Shown piece by piece: positions 1 to 10,500 of a stretch of DNA of 64,000 nucleotides (the stretch's first letter is position 1; every line of letters begins with the position of its first letter). Origin of the DNA: Schizochytrium sp. TIO01. Taxonomy: Eukaryota; Protista; Bigyra: Labyrinthulomycetes. The DNA is taken from contig SMSO01000037.1 in NCBI GenBank assembly GCA_004764695.1, positions 1,588,747-1,652,746 on the forward strand, read 5' to 3'. Under the pieces are notes generated by a model. The model was not told the origin of the DNA. It was given only the letters and a program-made list of their open reading frames with translations, and ran no database searches. The translations under genes were made by a program, and so were the position numbers.

Positions 1-1771
1 CGCCTTGCGAGTACTGCGCACAAATGGTCTCTGCGCGTCCTCAACACTTGTGTCTGGTCTCGCTCACCTAGGAGACAGAAAGACTGAAGATGAAAGAAAA
101 CAATAAAATTTATAACTTACTGGTACTAGTATTAGTATATACCTATGAGGTATTAGTGTCATCATTCAAGATGATCTACCCATCTTCAGGTTGAACCACA
201 ACAGAAGATACAAGCAACCAAACAACTCGAGACACCTGCTCACCTGGGCCAGAGAATAAGAATGAGAAGGTCTTTGGGGTCATTTCCAGAGTTTCATGGT
301 TCGCATTACTTCTGCTGGTCTATGCTGAGCGGTCATAATATATATGATTGTATTTGTGTGGGCTTATTAAAAGTCTGTTTCTAGAGTGCCTTTTTCAATC
401 TTTACTCTAAAGGTATTTCATTTTCAATGATGGGAAACATCAGAGATACAATAATAGGCTACGGAAGTAAGTGCCCACTAAGTAATAACGGCGGCATAAT
501 CGTTTATATGTATCCAATTCTAAAAATGCAGCAAGTCAAAACATGGTGCCAATGAAGCTAGCTTGCTGTATCCTACCTACTGCCAAATGGCTTACTAAGA
601 TATCACTGGCAAGAGCAGAATGAATTCGTTGGCAGGCTTACAACCATAAGTATCATTAGAATGTATTTTCTTCTCTGATAGCAGCACTAATTCATATCTC
701 CTTGGAAAAGATAAGATTTCCATCGCCCTCAAGTCGTATCCATGGTCGCTGGTAGTAACTATGTGAGTCCTAATACAGACTTTTACTGAGGAGTAGGTGG
801 GCATTAGCTATTAATGTTAAATACTTGTACGGGTTACATCGAATTCCTTTGCATTCTCTACCTAATACTCCGTACCTAACTAGACTCTAGTGCTAGTTCC
901 GTAGGTAGGCAGATAGATAGTAGATACTTTACTTTACATTAACTTTTCCTCCTTGATTTTGAAAGTACGAAAACAACTTAGTTAGTAGGTAGCAGGTAGG
1001 TACTATTAAAGCACGTGTACGATATCGTAGCTTGGATCTCTTCTTATGACTGTTAGTAACAGGCTTTTAAATTTTAGAACATACTACCTCCAGAGATGAC
1101 TCGACAGATGTGGCAGGTTTCCTTTTCTTCATCTCTGAAGGAAAGATAAGGAATTAAAAGTTATCTCGGCTGAAATGTAGGTCTAGAAGGTTGCAGCAAA
1201 CACTGCACCTTTCTATTTTCTAAGGATAGCAATTCATGATACACCCTAAGAAGATAAAGTTGGGATGGAAGATACAGTATTCAGGCTAGTCTACAACTAG
1301 AAAATACTTTTGAATGGATTTTTTTTCTTCTTAATGTTGTTCTAAAGCAAATTTCAATGCGGCTTTAAATAATTAGCAATACTGACAACAGTATTCAACA
1401 TTTGATATGCAAATTTATGAAAAACTGATATCTGAAATGGGTGCTAGTGTACCACAAACCCTGTTCCCTTCCATAACTTTCATGAGAAGACAATCCTTGC
1501 TATTTCTAATATTTCTCCCACTACAAAGAGGTATAAAAGTCAAGAAGAACGCTATCAGTTATATGAGTCTACGACCTAGACGGCGAGACTCGCATAGTAG
1601 CACTTTAATTTTGGTCATCTTTATAAGAGAGTTATGGATGTGTCCTAATGTATCGAATCTTATCAGAACGTATATCAAAAGAGGAATATCGCATTTTTGT
1701 ATTTTGATGCTGACATTTTTTCGCTCTTAATGATTAGAATTAGCTCGTATTCCTTTAAGAAAACATCTGTT

Positions 1772-1919
1772 GTGAATAAAAACTCTTTTCTATTGACTGC
1801 TTGTATACTATACCCGCTAAATGAGCAAAATAGATCAAATCGTAGGTGAATAAAAACTCTTTTCTATTGACTGCTTGTATACTATATCCGCTAAATGAGC
1901 AAAATAGATCAAATCGTAG
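1772..1919. repeat. Tandem direct duplication, 2 x 74 bp
   Basis: 1772-1845 and 1846-1919 (gtgaataaaaactc...caaatcgtag) are identical except for one substitution (tacccg vs tatccg). Confidence 0.95.
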
Positions 1920-2611
1920 CGAAAGACGAGAACTTTCCATTCAACAGCCTCACAGAATTTCCTCAATTCCCGGTATCTTTCTGAAAAGAAATATTGTCGA
2001 CTATGTCCACAGGGTATGCTGTTATTGTGGGTCAACCTTTGTCTTTACAGTATCCAAGATAACTGCTTTCCTATTCTTTTGTTTTCTTTTTTCTAAAAAA
2101 GGGTCGCAAAAGTGGCTTCTGGGCCATTTTCTAAATGCGAAGTGGAAGTATTTCTTAGCCAAATAAAGGACTCACTCTTGCTTTGGTGAGGCATTTTCGA
2201 ATGGGATCTGGAGGTGTTGCATTTACTATTGACGAGGATCGCCCGAAGAGTAATTTCGAAAATTCGAAAATTCGAAAACTCTTTCAAGCCCCATGGTGGT
2301 TCTTGAACTTCAACCTAGCAACACGATTGATTGCGTTTCTTCGTGACATTTCGCAAAGTTCACCTCTATACCTTGGTCCAGAGCCTCTTCTCTTGTACCT
2401 TACTGTTCTACTGCGATGACGAGTTGGCACCATGTAGGATTCTGCATCATCTGTTAGAGACTCAGTATAACAGGTACACAAATTGCTTGTTATAGATACA
2501 GATTATAGCTACCTTATATCTCATAAATAGATATTTATTATTAGGTGGCGGTAGCTAATCCTAAGCCCAGCTAGTTGATAATAAGTCAATTGAGAATACT
2601 AGTAAAGAAAG

Positions 2612-2631
2612 GAGAGAGAGAGAGAGAGAGA
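2612..2631. repeat. (GA)10 microsatellite
   Basis: Read directly; lies upstream of the V-ATPase c gene. Confidence 0.9.
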
Positions 2632-2900
2632 TCAACAAGGGAAGAGAGAGACAAGCTAGCCTTGCTCTCGCAGTCCTGTTCGTTGAGCTGATATCTTGGC
2701 TCGCGAAACACATTCGCACTAGCGAGATCAAACTCCTCTCCCGAATCACGCTTACCGTTCGAACGCTATCGCGGCTGCGGCTTTTGGATTGCTAGGAGCG
2801 TCTAAGACAAGTAAAAGGCTTCATTGTGACCGCCTCTCCGCTAGTCCAGAGCAAAGCAAAAGTCAAACGGGCAGACAACTAAGCGCTCAAACTCTGCAAA

Positions 2901-3395
2901 ATGTCAGAACTTAACGTAGGCACGGCAATGCCGGTCTTCTTTGGCATGGGTGGTGCAAGCCTCGCACTAGTGCTTGCAAACGTTGGCGCTGCCTATGGTA
3001 CTGCTAAGGCTGGCGTGGGTGTTGCTGCTATGGGTGTCATGAACCCCGAAGCTGTGATGAAGAACATTATCCCCGTCGTTATGGCTGGTGTGATTGGTAT
3101 CTACGGTCTCATTGTTTCCGTATTACTTGCCTCAAACATTGACCAACCTGTGGAACAGAACGGTGTAGAGATCAATGTTTATGGCTGGGATGTGGGCTTC
3201 AAGAACTTTGCAGCAGGTCTCGCTGTAGGAGTAAGTGGATTGGGTGCTGGGTATGCCATTGGCGAAGTTGGAGATCTCGGTGTCAAGATGGTTGGCTTGG
3301 AATCTCGTTTGTTTGTTGGCCTTATCCTCATCCTTATTTTTGCAGAGGCTGTGGCATTGTACGGCCTCATTGTGGCCCTCATTCTGTCCACCTAA
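2901..3395 (+). CDS. ATP6V0C: V-type H+-ATPase V0 proteolipid subunit c (16 kDa), 164 aa
   Basis: Family motifs [30 protein letters not shown] and [18 protein letters not shown] (with the proton-carrying Glu); four hydrophobic helices. Confidence 0.97.
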   Translation: MSELNVGTAMPVFFGMGGASLALVLANVGAAYGTAKAGVGVAAMGVMNPEAVMKNIIPVVMAGVIGIYGLIVSVLLASNIDQPVEQNGVEINVYGWDVGFKNFAAGLAVGVSGLGAGYAIGEVGDLGVKMVGLESRLFVGLILILIFAEAVALYGLIVALILST

Positions 3396-5374
3396 TGTAG
3401 CAATGCTCTGCCAATCACTCTCGCAAAGTAGGACTCGCTTATGCGCAGTTTCCATTAAACGCCAAAGCATAACCTCGTTTTTTCACTCAAACCTTGCAAC
3501 CTCTGGCAACTCGCACAACAAATTCTAAGATTTCTCCGAATTCAATAACTACGATTACCAGTTTAACATAATCTAGCTATCTTCGACTGTTTAGTTTCAG
3601 TGTGAGGCTATACTCGTTTCCTTGGTTTTGCGTTTTGCTATTTCTTTTGAAAACGCAATTCAAGAAAGTCAACCAATCAAACTGATCTGATTTTCTAAAA
3701 CATTCTAAAAGAAATCAGTCTGAAGCATCCTTGATATAGATATTTATCGTCTTGGTTCTACTTAAGCTATGGTTTCGAGTCACTTGAAGGTTGCAGTTGA
3801 GCATCGAAAGATCTTGTTAAGCTATGTCTGAGGAACCACTATGAGTAGCAATTAGGCTTGAATGTCATTCCTGGAGCCGCTTCAAGCAAGTCACAGAACC
3901 TTTTGATACCTACATCATAGCGATTAGATTTAAAACAAATTATTTCAATAGTTTCTAATGTCATGTTTACCCTTGAAACAACATGTACAATTAGCTTTTT
4001 GGTTCTTATTCTTTTGAAAAAAGTGTTGTATAAGAATATCTTCGATTTTGAAAGAAAACATATTAATTTATGACTTAGACAAAAAACAATTTTTTATTTC
4101 AATAATGAAATTCTCAAATCAAGCGTTTAGCCTTGTCATGTCAACGTCGATAATCCAGACATCCTTGCCGAGAGAATTATTCAATTGTGGAGTGTAATAT
4201 CTCAGTGCGAAACTCAAAGATCAGACACCGTATTGAGTGCATTCAGGTCGTAGGTCACAGCTATAATTAGGTCAACGAATACATGGCTGCCCTCATAATG
4301 GTAAAAAAGTACGCAAACCCCCCCCAAACGGACGAAAGGTTTCATACTGATTCATCTAATTATTTAAGATTGTAAAATTTACTAAGCTACTGTGCAATCA
4401 CTACATACGCCTCAAGTCGGCTGCTTCCAAAAATTGCTCTTTCGAAGATTGTACATTCTCGCATAGAATCCTCTATGTATCTTGAGTAAGGAGTCAAAGT
4501 ATTTCTTAACCCTGAGTATTGTTTTTTTCTACACCTAAGGGAGTCTGCTTTTCAAATTCGCTCTTTTGATCTCTGCTTTTAATGCTCTTAAGTGTCTTGT
4601 GGAAACAATTTAGTTCTACGAAATATGATCCTGGCAAGGATATCCACCTTCATGTAGCTATGTTTGAGGATTGCAGTAGGCCAACAATGAACATCTTGTC
4701 ACACGTTTTCTTAGCCAATGTTAAGCTGTAGCGCTGGGCAGGTCCTTGTTAACTATCGCTATGAATTTTCTGTACTGAAACAGGTGAGACAAGAGTACTT
4801 TTTGTTCATCACCATCTTCTCAACTAAGATCATTCATGTTTTTAGAACATTTCTCCTGCTTAATTCTGTCTGGGATCTGTAATTGAATAATTAGCTTCAA
4901 CCTTCCCAATATATCATGTTTGCTCTATTGTTCGAATTTATTTATTTTTAAAAGGGGTCTCAAAAACCTTGGGTCGTAGCTTCAGTATTTCACAGATAGG
5001 TAAGGTGTAGGTCTTTGAATTATTTATCCGCGCTATGAGCACCATGATATGTTCTTTCATACAGGCGATAGTTATATATATATATTAGTTGTACCCACTA
5101 ACTAGTGTAATTTTCATTCTTATTAAAATTTGGATCATTTGGTTTTCACTTCAGAAGCTCATTGTCGGAAGCTGGGATCTTGCAGCTTTTCTTATCCTTC
5201 AAATCTATGAAGCTTAATATCCAATGGAGGATGCGGTCAGCTTTTTCACAACTTCAAAAGGACGACTGAGTACGCCGCCAGAGGTATGACAGGGACACAC
5301 TGAAGCTTTTCATCTAATCTGTATAGCTAGGGACTTCTATCTAGGTAGTTCTTGTTAGGTACCTAGGCTGCTAC

Positions 5375-5384
5375 CAGTATATAA
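5375..5384 (+). promoter_or_regulatory. Candidate TATA-like element CAGTATATAA upstream of the PQ-loop gene
   Basis: TATATAA core about 270 nt before the ATG. The same 10-mer occurs at 30876-30885 upstream of another + strand gene. Confidence 0.3.
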
Positions 5385-5656
5385 GTAGACCTAGGCCTAT
5401 ATCCAAAAGGCCCTATGCGAAATCATATGAATGTACAAGGTTATTGCTAAATCTTGATTAGTCTTCTGCGTGATCGCGCAGATACCTAAGCCACAGCGCA
5501 AGCTTTAGAGGAGCTTTTGCTTGGTGGGGCTCTCACGGGGCTGCTTCTACCTTTACCCAGCGCTAAGCGAAAGACGAAAACGTGTTCAAGCTGGCTAATC
5601 GAACGGTGAATAGGATCGGGGCCTTGCCCTTTTGAATAGTCTCAGGTATAGCTGCC

Positions 5657-7111
5657 ATGACTAGCAACGGCCCAAGCTGCACCTGCTATCCGGCTGTGAA
5701 GGATGGCCAGCACTTTAATGAATTCATTGCCTACCACCTGGGTGAATGTGTCTGGAGTGCTACGGAAATCTCATCTGTGATTATTGGATTTTCATCCATT
5801 GGATTTTGGCTTGCCTGCCAAATGCCTCAAATCATTAAGAACTATAGAAAACGCAGCGCAAGTGCTCTCTCAAAGTGGTTTCTTCTTGAGTGGTTCCTTG
5901 GTGATCTTCTCAATCTTAGTGGCGCATTACTTACGAAGCAGCTTCCTACGCAGCTTGCAACAGCGGTTCTCTTCATTTTCAATGATGGCTTCATGCTGTT
6001 TCAGATGATCTATTACACCATGTACGGCGTGCAAGAGCCCGCTATTGAGGTAGACGAATCTGACCTGGACCAAGCTCTCCTGCACAGTGACCAGCATCAT
6101 GAACAGAGCTCATTTTCAACCGGTGGACAGAGTCAGGCGGCGCGTGGGACTCGGTATTCTGCTTTAGCGGAAGCTTCCGAAGAAGAGAATGGTGATGACG
6201 ACAATGATGATAGCCACCATGGCTCTAATGGTAATGGAAACATGCGCTCTAAAACATCTCGCTTGCTTAGCATGGCTGCTCTTGTTGTCCCACTGTACAG
6301 TGCTGCACTCATCCAAACCCAAATGCAGACCACAAGCAAGTTTGGTGGTGCTGATATCATTCCTGTGCACATGCCAAACACCACTTCTTCCTTGTTCACT
6401 AATTTGGCAAAATTCGAAGACCTTCCTGACTGCGGCGCTCATGCCGAAGACGTAAGTCCTTTAGCCAACCAAATCGGCACAGCTATTGGATGGGTATCCG
6501 CAGTTATTTACTTGAACAGTCGTCTTCCCCAGATTTTTAAGAACTACCGTCGCAAGTCTGTGGAGGGTCTTTCCTTTCTCATGTTCTTTTGTGCTGTAAT
6601 GGGCAACACAACCTATGGTCTTGGTGTCTTGCTTCGCGATGCCTCGTGGAAGGCCATCAACAAGGCCTTGCCTTGGCTTGTTGGTAGCCTTGGCACTTTG
6701 GCACTTGATTTTTGCATTCTGTTGCAGTTCTGGTGCTACAACGAAACAACCAAGGACGAAGAGATTGCAGAGCTGGAGGAGGCTGATGCTATGTATGTTG
6801 CAGCCGTAGATGCTGCAGATGCTGGAGACTCTTCGGCACGTGCATTTGCTGCACAAGCTCGTGAACGTCGTCGCCATGCGTTGGAAGCGCTTCAACGCAG
6901 TCCTAAGCGCGGCATTTTTGGCATCAAGGCCTGGAATACCTCACCATTCTTCAAGCCCATGAAGCCAGGAACTCCAGGACACAGTCGCCACTCTTCAATG
7001 CCGCCTCTGAACCTTCAAGACTCTACTTCGCTTGGTGTTTTGCCTTCCGAGTCCGAGTCCGCGGCGCAATCGAACGTTGGAAACCGTCCCACATCTAGCT
7101 CTTTTCAATGA
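5657..7111 (+). CDS. PQ-loop repeat lysosomal/vacuolar amino-acid transporter (PQLC2/Ypq-like), 484 aa
   Basis: Two PQ-loop units (CQMPQIIKNYRKRSASALS..W..GD and SRLPQIFKNYRRKSVEGLS..F...GN) with TM helices and a long acidic loop between them; ends in LPWLVGSLGTLALDFCILLQF as in the Ypq/PQLC2 family. Confidence 0.92.
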   Translation: MTSNGPSCTCYPAVKDGQHFNEFIAYHLGECVWSATEISSVIIGFSSIGFWLACQMPQIIKNYRKRSASALSKWFLLEWFLGDLLNLSGALLTKQLPTQLATAVLFIFNDGFMLFQMIYYTMYGVQEPAIEVDESDLDQALLHSDQHHEQSSFSTGGQSQAARGTRYSALAEASEEENGDDDNDDSHHGSNGNGNMRSKTSRLLSMAALVVPLYSAALIQTQMQTTSKFGGADIIPVHMPNTTSSLFTNLAKFEDLPDCGAHAEDVSPLANQIGTAIGWVSAVIYLNSRLPQIFKNYRRKSVEGLSFLMFFCAVMGNTTYGLGVLLRDASWKAINKALPWLVGSLGTLALDFCILLQFWCYNETTKDEEIAELEEADAMYVAAVDAADAGDSSARAFAAQARERRRHALEALQRSPKRGIFGIKAWNTSPFFKPMKPGTPGHSRHSSMPPLNLQDSTSLGVLPSESESAAQSNVGNRPTSSSFQ

Positions 7112-7566
7112 ATCACGATAACGAATGGTAGGGCATAGCTGAGACGGACTCTATTTTCATACTTTTTCTACATAATAGGATAAAGTACATCAGCATACTA
7201 CATCTGGAACAAAGAAACAGCAGTCCGTGAACATTATATTAGAAAAAATAAAAATCATAAGCATAATCATAATAAAGTAGAACATGGATTTAACATGACA
7301 TCTTGAAAGATCATGGATGTATTGACAAAACGATTTGGAAATTGATAATGCATTCAGGGTTTTCCCGCACATTAATCACTAAGAACCAAGCCTTCTAGTT
7401 TCTTTGCATCCCAGACCATATTTGTTCTTTTTTTTTTTTTCTGTTTACTTTTCAAAATCTTAAAAGCAAGCCAGCAACGAGTTTTGTAGGCTTTTAAAAA
7501 ATGAGGGCATAATTCATGAATTATGTCCTGAATGTAGGAAGAATCAGAGTTTATCGATAAATTGAA

Positions 7567-10500
7567 TCACACTGATTCTGAGTCACAGGATTCGGTGGAC
7601 CATGCTGCAATGGCACGATGGAGCTTGTTTGGGAAAACGTCTGGTTCAACATGAACATTGGTGAAATCCATTCCTGTTACAATCCAGCGATCTAGTAATT
7701 CTGGTAACTCCCAGGGCCCACGTCGATCAAAGATAACTGGTTGATCCATTGGCTCTCCACTAAATGCCCGGAGGCTGAGCCGCTTCGAAAGTCTGTCAGT
7801 CGGCAGGTCTTCGTACTTGATCGTTTGAGCAACCTCTGAGCGAATTTGGCGTTCCCACTCTGGCCAAGATACCAACCACTGCTCGAACTGCTCGTCCGTG
7901 ACGCTCAATGCAGCTTCTTTAGCCACGTTAATGTCCTCTTCCGTGACGTTCACAAACGAACGGTAGAGCATAGCTACAGCGGAGACTGGAAGATCAAGCT
8001 CTTCCCGAAGTGAAATTTCATAGCGAAGATACACACATACATCATCTTGAGTAGCACCCGGATGGTGCGCAGCATGTTCTCGAACGATTTGAAGCCTCAT
8101 TACCCTTTTCCCTAAAGCGCGAAGAGCCTCACGGTCTCCTCTTGCATTTATAACAAGGGTGATTAAATACATATCATTGAGCGCCCAGATAGGTTTGTCT
8201 GAACAAGAATCGATTGCGTCAGAGATTCGGGACAAAAGCTCTTCACGAACACCATCAGGATCATCTTGCAAAGTTTGAAGAAGTTCCACCACCCGCTTAG
8301 CTAGTCCTTCTCGTAGATCTGGACGACGAAACTCAGCACTTCGCAACAGAAGGTTCAAGAAGGCTAATACAGAGGAGTGATAAAAGGAATCTAATACTTC
8401 TTGAAGAGACAAATGAGATTCTAGGTGTGCTTCATCTTCCCAAAACTTCACAGCCTCTTCCAGAGTCTGGTGTTGTCGTGGTCGACCACCCTTCGAGTCA
8501 CCGAGATCGAGCTCAAGCAAGGTAAATAAAGCGCCGCACCTCGCACGGAGAATCTCAAGATCGAAATCTCTACCAATAGGAGAGGTTTCATCTACTACAA
8601 TACTCTGTGCATGTCGAATAACTGAGTCAGGAAGAGTGTCCAAGCTGCTGCAATTAGTGATCTTGATGCTGGAGGTCACACGGACGGACTCTGGGACTAC
8701 TTGCAACTCAGGGTTATCTTCCATGGTAAGAATACGGACTCGAAGGCGCTCAGGAAGGTGAACAAGACGTGTACAATCGCAAATATCAAGTGATTGACGA
8801 ACTCGAATATTCGGCGGGAGTTCGACAAGTGATGGTAGTTTTCGCAACGCAAGCGAGCCTCTCAGGTTTATCACGTCTGGCAAAAGCTCCAAACTTGGAC
8901 AAGAGTCAACGCGAAGGTTGCCTCGGCAGACCAAATCAGAAGGCAAACTGATCAGATTGAGGCATTGGTATACCACGAGGTCGCCAACTTGAATACCATG
9001 AGGAATCGTAAGCATGCCACACTGCTCTATACGTAGAACTCGCTTCACCTTGAAAGTTGAGCCTGAGGTTTCGAGTTGCGAGCATTGTACAATATGACAC
9101 ATGTCGACATTCATTCCTTCCGGAAGCTTCATGAGCCCAACATTTCTTAACGAGACACTTTGCCTACCACTTGGATTAAAAAATGAACTTGGGAGTGAAT
9201 TCAGATTTGTACAGCTGTATATAGAGCACTTTTCACGAACTTGTACTCCCTCAAGAATATGCGTAAGGGAGGGCATATTCTTAATATAAATAGTGTCAAC
9301 ACGAACACCTGATGGAATTGCTTCAAGGGGGCAGCGTTTTGCTTTGAACAAATTTCGTACTACCAAATCTTCAGGTAAGTCATACAGTTCAGTACAACCT
9401 GCTATAATCAGTTCAGACACCTGTAGGCCTTTTGGTAGTGTACGCAAGGGAGTGCTGCGAATACGAAGGTGCTCATTGATGCGTAAATGTCCCAGTTCAT
9501 TTAGGCTCTCGCAATGTTCAATAACGAGTTTCTCCAACTGTAAGATGTCAGGCAACTGTCTGAGAGATTTACAATGGGTCAACACGAGTGTCTCTGACAC
9601 TTGTATACTTTCAATACTTTCGAGATGAGCGCAGTGGTGTATCTCAAAGTGGAGAAGATCGATTACAGTTGGCAATTCCGTAATTAACGGCAGACCGTCC
9701 AAAACCAGCATTGTGCTGATCCGCATATCTGCGGGAAGGAACTGGAGGTTTGGACAACGTTTGACCACTAGTGTTGAAAGACTCAGGTTAGCTGGGAGCT
9801 CTGATATTTCGATGCAATCTTCAAGATGAATACCTATACCTTGCCATGGAAAGTTTGATGAAAAATGTATTGCGCTTGGCCACTTGCGTAAGGTAAGTTG
9901 ACCACAAAATCGTATTCCCTTTCCAAGGGTGAGGGTTGAGGATGTATGATGTTCGAGTTTCAAACCATCAATTGTAACTGTGTTCGAAATATCTACTGAT
10001 CCCTGACTTCGGTGATGGACTTCGAGATGAATCCACTTAAGTAATGCAGTGAGAACAGCAAGGTCTGAGTGGACCAGCTTTAGGCCCACGGCTGTAAGAC
10101 GGAAGCTTTCAAGATCAATAGCAGTCCCATGTAGTAGAATTTCCCTGCAACGCTCAGCTCGGTGTTCAATCGACATAGATAAGAGAAAAGTAAAGAGGCT
10201 CTCCAAAGTCTTTGACGCATCATTGCCTTGAGAGAAAGCAATTGATGTCAGCGTGTTGGACTTGGCAACTAATCCAACGAGCGGTGTAAGTTGTTCTGAC
10301 GCCAAATTGCATTCTTGAATGCGCAGTTTCTGAATGCTGTTATGCTTTTCTAAGGCATTTGTAAGTTTTCCCATTGTGCTTAGAGACATCGGAGTGCGTA
10401 CGAAATCTAGTTCCTGAAGCCCAACATTTCTTCCAATGCTCTCTGCGAAGGATGTAAAGCCGCTAACTGACATCGTCTTTTCAGCTTCCTCTGTGCAGAA

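Noticed and set aside
1772-1919. Direct repeats considered as a CRISPR array or LTR pair
   Set aside because: Only two abutting copies with no spacer or internal sequence, in a eukaryotic context with no cas or retroelement genes.
2255-2278. (TTCGAAAA)3 resembling a heat-shock element
   Set aside because: The 8-bp period does not fit the 5-bp alternating nGAAn/nTTCn spacing of a true HSE.
595-2749. Short ORFs (60-107 aa) in the first 2.8 kb, and similar ones in other intergenic regions
   Set aside because: AT-rich, often starting at GTG/TTG, overlapping simple repeats and lacking recognisable motifs; probably spurious.
4150-4163. Exact 14-mer ataatccagacatc shared with 35516-35529
   Set aside because: Several 14-mer matches are expected by chance in 64 kb, and the flanks align poorly.
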